A stretch of 64,000 bases of DNA, from assembly GCA_964637885.1 (NCBI GenBank), contig CAZWXO010000003.1, positions 5 through 64,004 of the forward strand. Direction: 5' to 3'. Source of the DNA: an uncultured bacterium (lineage in GTDB: Bacteria; Bacillota; CAZWXO01). Of this stretch, positions 56,383 to 64,000 are shown piece by piece (the first letter of the stretch is position 1; each line of letters opens with the position of its first letter). Made by a program: the position numbers and the translations under genes. Under the pieces are notes generated by a model. That model searched no databases and was not told where the DNA came from. It saw nothing but the letters and a program-made list of their open reading frames with translations.

Positions 56383-58464
56383 ATGGCGCCAGCTAAGAGA
56401 ACCGGAATAATCGATCGCATTATGGATAATAGAGAAGTAATATTGATTATGGCTGTTATTGCGATAGTGTTCATGATGGTTATTCCATTGCCTACTTTCG
56501 TATTGGATGTTTTGCTAGCACTTAATCTGAGTGTTGCTTTAATTATATTAGTTTTGGCAATCTATACAGAGGATACTCTAAGCTTTTCTACTTTTCCGTC
56601 TCTGTTGTTGGTGGTGACTTTGTTCCGACTTGCTCTAAACATTTCGGGGACAAGGCTCATTTTGCTCCATGGTTTTGCAGGGCATGTCATTGAAGCTTTT
56701 GGTAATTTTGTCATCGGCGGGAACGCTGTTGTCGGATTCATTGTCTTTTTTATCCTAGTGATAGTTCAATTCATCGTTATCACCAAAGGGGCCGAGCGCG
56801 TCGCGGAGGTTGCTGCTAGATTTACCTTGGACGCGATGCCTGGGAAGCAGATGAGCATTGATGCTGATCTCAATGCCGGTATCATCACAGATTTAGAAGC
56901 CAAAGAGCGCCGGCAAAAGATTCAGCGGGAAGCTGATTTTTACGGTGCGATGGATGGTGCTAGTAAGTTTGTCAAGGGTGATGCGATTGCCAGCATCGTA
57001 ATTGTATTTATCAATGTCACCGGCGGTTTTATTGTAGGGATGTTGCAATTGGGAATGTCTGCCGGAGAAGCATTGAGTCGCTTTACCCTCCTTACTGTTG
57101 GGGAGGGACTTGTGAATCAGATGCCTGCTCTGTTAATCAGTACGGCGACGGGCTTGATTGTGACGCGGGCGGCATCAGATTCTAATCTTGGTAAAGATTT
57201 GATTCGCCAGATTTTTTCCCGACCTAAGCCTCTTATCATCGCTGCGATTGTTTTGACAGCGATGGCTTTTTTGCCGGGAATGCCTACCTTCTCTTTTCTT
57301 GGTTTAGCAGGATTTTTTGCCGGAGTTGTGGTGATTATGCGCAGGATGCCGCAAATTGCCTTGGAGGACGAGGGGGAAGACGAAGAACCGGATTACGAAA
57401 AGGAGGCCGAAGAACTGAAAAAACCTGAAAACGTCTTAGGGCTGTTGCAGGTAGAACCGATTGAATTTGAGTTTGGTTACGGCTTGTTGCCTTTTGCTGA
57501 TCCGGCTCAAGGAGGTCCTTTAATGGATCGCATCGTCATGATTCGTCGGCAGTGCGCTCTGGAACTTGGAGTTGTGGTCCCGACTGTGCGGATTCGCGAC
57601 AATATGCAACTAAAACCTAATATATATGTATTAAAAATCAAGGGAATTGAGGTCGCGCAATACGAACTGCTTTTAGGTCATTATCTCGCACTCGATACAG
57701 GTGGAACCAGCGGTCCCCTGAATGGGTTGGAGACGGTAGAGCCGGCGTTTAACCTTAAAGCGTTTTGGATTACCGAGGAAGAGAGGGAAATGGCAGAAAC
57801 GACGGGCTATACTGTTGTCGACATTCCTACTGTCGTTAGCACTCACATCACTGAAATTATCAAAAAATATGCCCACGAATTAATCGGTCGTCAAGAAGTA
57901 AAAAAATTGTTGGATAATGTTCAAAAAGAGTATCCGGCGGTCGTCGATGATTTGGTGCCCAATGTTTTGAGTTTAGGAGAGCTGCAGAAAGTAATGCAAA
58001 ATCTTTTAAAGGAGCGCATCTCGATTAGAGATCTCGTTTCGATTTTAGAAACTCTTGCTGACTATGGTAATATGACTAGGGATACCGATGTTTTAACAGA
58101 ATATGTCCGGCAGACTTTGGCCCGACAAATAACACAGCAATTTAGCCAGGGCCAGCGTAAAATATCGGTGATTACCATCGATGCATCGGTTGAATCAGCA
58201 ATTAATGATGCGATTCGTCGCACTGACCAAGGCGCGTATTTGTCGATAGATCCACAATTAGCAGCCAAAATTGTGCAAAACCTCTCTTCATTGGCAGAAA
58301 AAACTTTGTCGCAGGGGATATCGCCGATTGTTATATGTGCACCAGTTGTCCGGGTTTGGTTCCGGAGATTAATTGAAAGGTCATTACCACATGTGACGGT
58401 TTTATCATATAATGAGATAGATCAGGATGTAGAAGTACAGTCGATTGGGACGGTGAGTATGTAA
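56383..58464 (+). CDS. flhA: Flagellar export apparatus protein FlhA.
   Basis: The 693-aa protein has an N-terminal TM domain, the FHIPEP motif region and a large cytoplasmic domain. Confidence 0.9.
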   Translation: MAPAKRTGIIDRIMDNREVILIMAVIAIVFMMVIPLPTFVLDVLLALNLSVALIILVLAIYTEDTLSFSTFPSLLLVVTLFRLALNISGTRLILLHGFAGHVIEAFGNFVIGGNAVVGFIVFFILVIVQFIVITKGAERVAEVAARFTLDAMPGKQMSIDADLNAGIITDLEAKERRQKIQREADFYGAMDGASKFVKGDAIASIVIVFINVTGGFIVGMLQLGMSAGEALSRFTLLTVGEGLVNQMPALLISTATGLIVTRAASDSNLGKDLIRQIFSRPKPLIIAAIVLTAMAFLPGMPTFSFLGLAGFFAGVVVIMRRMPQIALEDEGEDEEPDYEKEAEELKKPENVLGLLQVEPIEFEFGYGLLPFADPAQGGPLMDRIVMIRRQCALELGVVVPTVRIRDNMQLKPNIYVLKIKGIEVAQYELLLGHYLALDTGGTSGPLNGLETVEPAFNLKAFWITEEEREMAETTGYTVVDIPTVVSTHITEIIKKYAHELIGRQEVKKLLDNVQKEYPAVVDDLVPNVLSLGELQKVMQNLLKERISIRDLVSILETLADYGNMTRDTDVLTEYVRQTLARQITQQFSQGQRKISVITIDASVESAINDAIRRTDQGAYLSIDPQLAAKIVQNLSSLAEKTLSQGISPIVICAPVVRVWFRRLIERSLPHVTVLSYNEIDQDVEVQSIGTVSM

Positions 58465-59588
58465 TGCTGACAAAGAAATACAGGGCGACATCGTCGCATG
58501 AAGCGATTAAAATGGCACGCAAAGAGCTGGGGGCAGAGGCTATCATCATGCATGAGAAAAAAGTTCGCCCCAAGGGATTTTTGGGTGTTTTTCGCAAACC
58601 AGTTGTCGAGGTTCTTGTTGGAATCGAAGAAAAAAGTGAGCGGCGTGGTAGGCCTTCTTTAAATGAATTGAAGGGACAAGACGAGTCCCTCGGCAAAATT
58701 CTCAGCGAGTTAAATCAGATGAAGGAATTTATGCTGCAACTTTCACAGAACAATGACAAAGTTGCCGGAAGTGTTTCAAAAGAATTGGAAATGGCATATG
58801 TTGAGCTGAGTCGTATCCAAGAGGGCCTGATTGGGCAAGATGTCGGCAATGATATTGTCAAGAAAGTCATCAAATCATTGCTGGAAAGCTTGAGTGAAGC
58901 TGAATTGCACGATTCAGAGTGTATTGCAATGGCGGCAGAGCGCGAGCTGGCAAATATGTTAGGCAATGCGAGTCCGATATCCCGCAAAGATCATTCAGGG
59001 CCAAAGGTTGTCGCTTTGGTTGGGCCCACAGGAGTCGGAAAGACAACGACGATTGCAAAACTGGCCGCCAATTTTGCCCTGGTAGAGAAGCTAAATGTGA
59101 TGCTAGTCACAGCTGATACATATCGCATCGCTGCTCCAGAGCAACTCAGGACCTATGCTGGAATCATGAATGTGCCTCTTGAGGTAGTATTGTCTCCTCA
59201 GGAACTGGCCCATGTTGTGGAAGAAAATAAGCATATGGACATTATTTTCCTCGATACTGCTGGGAGAAGCCAGCGCAACATGATGCAAGTCAACGAGATT
59301 AAAAATTTTCTTGATGCAGTTCCAGACGTTGAAACATACTTATGCATCAGTATGAACACGAAGCCCAGCGACATCGAAGAGATTCTGGCAAATTTCAGGC
59401 AGACCAAATACTCAAAGTATATTTTGACAAAACTAGATGAGACTAATTCCTTTGGAACAGCCCTAAATATGGTGATTAGAACCGATAAGCCTCTATCTTA
59501 TATCACTAACGGGCAAGACGTACCGGACTTCATTGAAGTTGCGGACGCACGAAAGTTGGCAAAAATGATGCTCAGGGGTACAGAATAA
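58464..59588 (+). CDS. flhF: Flagellar biosynthesis SRP-type GTPase FlhF.
   Basis: The G1 motif [16 protein letters not shown] and the DTAGR G3 motif are present. Confidence 0.9.
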   Translation: MLTKKYRATSSHEAIKMARKELGAEAIIMHEKKVRPKGFLGVFRKPVVEVLVGIEEKSERRGRPSLNELKGQDESLGKILSELNQMKEFMLQLSQNNDKVAGSVSKELEMAYVELSRIQEGLIGQDVGNDIVKKVIKSLLESLSEAELHDSECIAMAAERELANMLGNASPISRKDHSGPKVVALVGPTGVGKTTTIAKLAANFALVEKLNVMLVTADTYRIAAPEQLRTYAGIMNVPLEVVLSPQELAHVVEENKHMDIIFLDTAGRSQRNMMQVNEIKNFLDAVPDVETYLCISMNTKPSDIEEILANFRQTKYSKYILTKLDETNSFGTALNMVIRTDKPLSYITNGQDVPDFIEVADARKLAKMMLRGTE

Positions 59589-60457
59589 TGATTGATCAGG
59601 CAGATAAATTGAGGCGTTTATCCGGGAGTAGCGTTTTTCGGAGTGCTGCATCAGTTGATCGCAAGGCGAGAGTTGTTGCCATAACCAGTGGCAAGGGCGG
59701 GGTCGGCAAGACAAATATTGCTGTTAATATAACGATGGCCTTGGCAGCAAAAGGGAAACGGGCAATTATTATCGATGCCGATATTGGTCTGGCTAACGTC
59801 GATGTAATTATGGGTGTTTCGCCTAAATTCGATTTGAGTACTGTTTTAAGAGGAGAAAAAAGCATTCATGATATTATAACCAGAGGCCCTGGTGGAGTCG
59901 GTTTCATCGCGGGTGGAGTGGTGAACAAGGATTTATTAGACATTAGAGACTGGCAAATCGATAAGCTGGCGGCTGGTTTTGCTGAGCTTGACAATATGTA
60001 CGATGTTATAATAATTGACACAGGAGCAGGTGTTTCTCAACATGTCATGTCGTTTGTTTTGGCAGCTCCGGAAGTAATAGTCGTTACGACACAAGAGCCG
60101 ACTTCCATTGCCGATGCCTATCGAATGTTAAAAGCAATTTCGCTTAAAGAGTCGGGTAGCATCAACCGTTTGGTTGTTAACCGTGCGTCGTCGGCCCAGG
60201 ATGCGAAAAATACTTTCAACAGGCTAAATCGCGTTTCAAATCAGTACTTAGGGATGCCTCTAAACTATTTGGGTTATATTCGGGATGACACTGCTGTCTC
60301 AACATCTGTGATGCGGCAGGCACCCTTCATTATAGAATTCCCCGAATCAATGGCTGCGGTTGACATTCAGCGTTTGGCGGACAACTTATCGATGGGCGCA
60401 CCTGATGGCGGTGGGTTTAGGGGTTTTTTCAGTAAAATGACCAAAATGTTTAATTAA
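59588..60457 (+). CDS. flhG: MinD-type ATPase FlhG (YlxH/FleN).
   Basis: The N-terminal activator motif DQADKLRRL (DQAxxLR) and the deviant Walker A SGKGGVGKT are present. Confidence 0.85.
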   Translation: MIDQADKLRRLSGSSVFRSAASVDRKARVVAITSGKGGVGKTNIAVNITMALAAKGKRAIIIDADIGLANVDVIMGVSPKFDLSTVLRGEKSIHDIITRGPGGVGFIAGGVVNKDLLDIRDWQIDKLAAGFAELDNMYDVIIIDTGAGVSQHVMSFVLAAPEVIVVTTQEPTSIADAYRMLKAISLKESGSINRLVVNRASSAQDAKNTFNRLNRVSNQYLGMPLNYLGYIRDDTAVSTSVMRQAPFIIEFPESMAAVDIQRLADNLSMGAPDGGGFRGFFSKMTKMFN

Positions 60458-60478
60458 TTTTCAACATTAGAAGGGAGG

Positions 60479-61606
60479 ATGTACTTGAATAGCGAATTAG
60501 ATATTAGCGACAACTCCCGCAACTTGATAATCGATGTGTTAAATGGTTTCCATCATGGGCGCTATCAGTGCGTCGTCTTATCAACTGATGCAAATTCTGT
60601 CCGCGTAGCGATGCCCAGTAAGAATGGACTGCCTTTACCGCTGGCAGTTGGACAGCAAGTCAGGGTGACTTCACCCCAGGATGGTGGTTTTTCTTTCACT
60701 AGTTCGGTTGTCGCCCGAAGTATGGCTGATGTGCCCTATATTGAGATTTCCAAGCCTAATAATGGACAGGGAGTGCAAAAATTCGCCCGGATAATTGCCG
60801 TCACCAGCGGCAAAGGCGGAGTTGGTAAAACCAATTTTACCGTTGCGCTGGCCATGGCACTGGCAGATATGGGGAAAAGTGTTTTGATTATCGATGCCGA
60901 CATGGGGTTGGCTAATGTGGACGTGTTGCTAGGGGTGCGACCGAAATACGACCTGACCGATGTTTTTTCAGGGGAGAAACAGTTCCATGAAATTTTGAGT
61001 GACGGCCCTGGCGGGATTAAATTTATTGCTGGAGGAAGTGGAATTGAGGACCTGGCAAATTTAGATGAGAAGCAGTTATTAAAAATTATTGAGAGCTTTG
61101 ACGATTTAGAAAAATTAGCTGATATCATTTTGATCGATACAGGTGCGGGCATTGCAAAAAATGTGACAAGTTTTGTCCTCGCTTCTGATTCAGCACTTTT
61201 GATTACTACTCCAGAACGGACGTCCGTCGCTGATGCGTATGCGATGGTGAAGGTAGTGCTCCTCAGCAATAAGAAAGCAAAGGTCTCGTTAGTGGTTAAT
61301 CGCGCTGAAACTACCGGCGAGGCCGAGGGTGCATATAGGCGCCTTGCAGGTGTTTCTAAAAATTATCTAGATTATGAGCTTGGGTTTGCCGGGCTTGTTC
61401 ACGACGATAGTAATGTTACTCACTCGGTAAAAAAACAGATGTCTTTTTATCGCTGTTATCCTGGCAGTGTGGCTAGCAGGTGTGTTCGGAAAATTGCTAT
61501 TAAAATATGCGAGGACACGAATCCGACGCAAGACCAGAATAACACTGGAGTGAAGGGGTTCTTGGCAAAGCTGAGAAATCATTTTGGCGTTACTTCATCG
61601 AGGTAA
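60479..61606 (+). CDS. Second MinD/FlhG-family P-loop ATPase. It has an N-terminal extension of about 100 aa of unknown, possibly beta-rich, fold.
   Basis: The deviant Walker A TSGKGGVGKTNF, IIDADMGLANVD and ILIDTGAG are present. It lacks the DQAxxLR motif. Residues 1-100 are VVLSTDANSVRVAMPSKNGLPLPLAVGQQVRVTSP.... Confidence 0.7.
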   Translation: MYLNSELDISDNSRNLIIDVLNGFHHGRYQCVVLSTDANSVRVAMPSKNGLPLPLAVGQQVRVTSPQDGGFSFTSSVVARSMADVPYIEISKPNNGQGVQKFARIIAVTSGKGGVGKTNFTVALAMALADMGKSVLIIDADMGLANVDVLLGVRPKYDLTDVFSGEKQFHEILSDGPGGIKFIAGGSGIEDLANLDEKQLLKIIESFDDLEKLADIILIDTGAGIAKNVTSFVLASDSALLITTPERTSVADAYAMVKVVLLSNKKAKVSLVVNRAETTGEAEGAYRRLAGVSKNYLDYELGFAGLVHDDSNVTHSVKKQMSFYRCYPGSVASRCVRKIAIKICEDTNPTQDQNNTGVKGFLAKLRNHFGVTSSR

Positions 61607-61609
61607 GAA

Positions 61610-62290
61610 ATGAATTTAAAAATAAATCAAAGAGTTGAAATAATTGTCCATGATGAACCATACAAGGGTTCTTACCTTAGTCGCGTGGAGAATTATGATA
61701 AAAAGCAGATTGTCTTAGCAATGCCGATGAGCCATGGTGGCTTAGTGCCCGTTCGTTCGGGTACGCTGGTATCAGTTGTTTTCTTTGATGAATTGGCCGT
61801 ATACGAATTTCAGGCTCCTGTCGTGCGGTTGCAGCAGGATAATATTGCTCTTCTCAAGTTAAATCTGCCTGAAAACATTAAAAGGATTCAACGTCGAGCG
61901 TATGTGCGGCTTGAAGTCAGTTTGCCGGTCAACATTTTTATTGAAATGGAAAATGAAACGCAGATGTCGTTAAGTGGGGAAACTGCGGACATCAGCGGTG
62001 GTGGAATTAGGATTGTTTTGAACCGAATGGATTTTGCTAAGATGGCGGAAAAACTTCAATTAGAAAATATGGCTGGAATGAAATTAAAGATGGCGATACA
62101 TTTGCAGCCGTATTCACACGACAAAACGGAGATGGTGGATTTTATTGGAGAAATTATTCGTCACGGGGAGAGTGGAACTTCATTTTGGCTTGCGGTAAAT
62201 TTTGCGGTAGTTAGTGAAAAAAACCGTGATAAAATTGTTAGTTTTATCTTTCGAAAACAACTTGAACTTCGTAATAAAGGCTTGATGTGA
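61610..62290 (+). CDS. PilZ-domain protein, a YcgR/MotI-like c-di-GMP-dependent flagellar brake.
   Basis: The PilZ signature motifs RxxxR (QRRAYVRLEV) and D/NxSxGG (DISGGGIRIV) are present, with an N-terminal PilZN-like beta domain. Confidence 0.75.
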   Translation: MNLKINQRVEIIVHDEPYKGSYLSRVENYDKKQIVLAMPMSHGGLVPVRSGTLVSVVFFDELAVYEFQAPVVRLQQDNIALLKLNLPENIKRIQRRAYVRLEVSLPVNIFIEMENETQMSLSGETADISGGGIRIVLNRMDFAKMAEKLQLENMAGMKLKMAIHLQPYSHDKTEMVDFIGEIIRHGESGTSFWLAVNFAVVSEKNRDKIVSFIFRKQLELRNKGLM

Positions 62291-62300
62291 GGTTGATGCG

Positions 62301-63365
62301 ATGATGGCAGAGAAAATTAAAGTACTTGTAGTGGATGATTCTGCTTTTATGCGCCGTGTGATCAGCGATATGGTGGCAACGGATAGTGGTATGGAAGTGG
62401 TCGGGATTGCTAGGGATGGCTTAGATGCAATTGATAAAGCCAAAAAACTTCATCCGGATGTAATTACACTCGATATCGAGATGCCACGCATGAATGGGCT
62501 TGAAGCCTTGGAGATTTTAACCGGCCAAATGAGGATACCAACGATAATGTTCAGCAGCCATACCAAGGAGGGCGCTGAAATAACATTGACTGCATTAGAA
62601 AAGGGTGCTTTTGATTTTCTGCCGAAGCCAGATAACGCATATTTTGCGCCGCTTGACCAAGTTCAGCGTGATCTAATTGACCGAATTCGCGGGATTAAAA
62701 AAGTAAACCTTGGCAATCTTGTCGCTCATAAGCCGATGGAGAGGAAGATTGTCCATGAAGATTTCAAGAGAGATGTTTTCACTGCTCCTAAAAACTTTAA
62801 AAAATTAGTCGCGATAGGAACCTCCACGGGAGGGCCACGAGCCTTGCAGGAAGTTGTGCCCTACATAAGTGGCAATATTGACGCATCGTTTTTAATTGTG
62901 CAGCACATGCCGCCTAATTTTACTAAATCTCTAGCGGAGCGTTTGAACGGCTTATCATCTCTTCAGGTAAAAGAAGCAGAGGATGGAGACGATATTATCC
63001 GAGGGAGAGTCTTGATTGCGCCAGGAAATTATCATATGCTAGCCGTAAAGAAATCTGATGGAGTGTACCAAGTTCGACTGGAGCAATCGCCCACGGTGGA
63101 AGGCCACCGTCCGTCGGCAACGGTAATGATGGATTCTGTCGCCAGGACTTTTGGTCCGGCAGCCATAGGAGTTATTCTGACCGGAATGGGTGGAGACGGC
63201 TCCGATGGCATGGTCAGCATCAAGAAAGCCGGCGGGCAAACTATCGCCGAGGATGAGTCGACGTGCGTAGTATTTGGTATGCCAGAAGTAGCAATTAAAA
63301 AGCAGGCTGTAGATTATATTGTTCCATTGCCCAAGGTTTCAGAAAAAATCAGCGGACTCGTATAG
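62301..63365 (+). CDS. cheB: Chemotaxis response regulator protein-glutamate methylesterase CheB.
   Basis: The receiver domain (VLVVDDSAFMRR) is followed by the methylesterase domain (GTSTGGPRAL, the catalytic Ser context). Confidence 0.9.
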   Translation: MMAEKIKVLVVDDSAFMRRVISDMVATDSGMEVVGIARDGLDAIDKAKKLHPDVITLDIEMPRMNGLEALEILTGQMRIPTIMFSSHTKEGAEITLTALEKGAFDFLPKPDNAYFAPLDQVQRDLIDRIRGIKKVNLGNLVAHKPMERKIVHEDFKRDVFTAPKNFKKLVAIGTSTGGPRALQEVVPYISGNIDASFLIVQHMPPNFTKSLAERLNGLSSLQVKEAEDGDDIIRGRVLIAPGNYHMLAVKKSDGVYQVRLEQSPTVEGHRPSATVMMDSVARTFGPAAIGVILTGMGGDGSDGMVSIKKAGGQTIAEDESTCVVFGMPEVAIKKQAVDYIVPLPKVSEKISGLV

Positions 63366-63382
63366 TATGCGGAGGTGGATTC

Positions 63383-64000
63383 ATGGACTTATCACAATAC
63401 ATTGGCGTTTTTTTGGAAGAATCTGAGGAACATTTGCAATCCTTGAACGAGCATTTGTTAGAGCTGGAGAAATCTCCATCTTTGGAGACATTAGACGAAA
63501 TTTTTCGGTCAGCACATACTTTAAAAGGGATGGCTGCCACAATGGGCTTTGACGATGTCGCTAAGTTGACGCATCAGATGGAAAATGTTTTGCAAAAATT
63601 AAAAACCGGTGAAGTCGTCGTTACTTCTCAAGTTGTCGACGTTCTCTTTAAGTGTTTGGATAACTTGGAGAGCATGGTTCAACTAATCGCAAGTGGGTCT
63701 GAGGAAAAGACTGATATTAAAAGCTTAATGGATGCTTTGGCACTGATCGAAACCAACCAATCTCCAGCGGGTGTCGCGGTGGAAGTTGAGGAGGTGTCTG
63801 CTGGCGTTGCTCGCAATGAAGGTATTGACGAAAATCCTGCAACAGATGAGGCATTTGAGATTGATACAGCGGTGCTGGTTCTGAATCAGTATGAAGAGAA
63901 CATTATCTTTAAGGCTAAGCACAAGGGATTTAGAGCTTATCAGATAGCTGTTCGCCTGCAAGAAGGCTGTCTTTTAAAACAAGCTCGCGCTTTTATGGTG
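63383..64000 (+). CDS. cheA: Chemotaxis histidine kinase CheA, N-terminal part. It continues past the window end.
   Basis: The HPt domain carries the phosphorylatable His context FRSAHTLKGMAATMGF. An RBS GGAGGTGG lies 6 nt upstream. The frame is open to the window end. Confidence 0.85.
   Translation, partial: MDLSQYIGVFLEESEEHLQSLNEHLLELEKSPSLETLDEIFRSAHTLKGMAATMGFDDVAKLTHQMENVLQKLKTGEVVVTSQVVDVLFKCLDNLESMVQLIASGSEEKTDIKSLMDALALIETNQSPAGVAVEVEEVSAGVARNEGIDENPATDEAFEIDTAVLVLNQYEENIIFKAKHKGFRAYQIAVRLQEGCLLKQARAFMV

Noticed and set aside
60410-60480. Apparent 1-nt inconsistency in the T-run near the flhG stop when counting by hand
   Set aside because: The supplied ORF track gives a clean 289-aa FlhG ending GFFSKMTKMFN, and the downstream gene is in phase. 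I attribute the discrepancy to my manual base counting, not to a frameshift.

Overview
This 64-kb window looks like a Firmicutes-type chromosomal segment, probably from an anaerobic Clostridia- or Negativicutes-like organism. It is almost entirely co-directional on the + strand. From 5' to 3' it contains:

- The C-terminal fragment of a sodium:solute symporter.
- An atypical alpha/beta-hydrolase and a soluble chemoreceptor, both on the minus strand.
- pepF.
- A UGA-interrupted HesB/IscA-like ORF, which is a candidate selenoprotein.
- A UDG-like gene, a PurM-like gene and serS.
- An accessory-looking 1.3-kb stretch (8.8-10.2 kb) holding a cupin-like ORF, a repeat-rich noncoding island and a small Cys-rich peptide gene behind a consensus promoter.
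- A lysine riboswitch with attenuator upstream of lysA.
- A small hypothetical gene, a BaiN/HI0933-type flavoprotein, a HutP-like gene overlapping aroH, and cmk.
- A Liv-type branched-chain amino acid ABC transporter with two tandem binding proteins.
- A sigma-54 activator followed by an SDR, gcvPA, gcvPB and an NAD-kinase-like gene.
- A convergent isochorismatase-family gene, then yifB/comM.
- The Bacillus-like syntenic block dprA-topA-trmFO-xerC-hslV-hslU-codY, in which hslU is frameshifted.
- A complete major fla/che operon, flgB through flhA-flhF-flhG. An extra MinD/FlhG-like ATPase with an N-terminal extension and a PilZ brake protein sit between flhG and cheB, and the cheA 5' end runs off the window.

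I found no rRNA, tRNA, CRISPR array or transposase. All coordinates derived by hand, including adjusted start codons, may be off by 1-2 nt.
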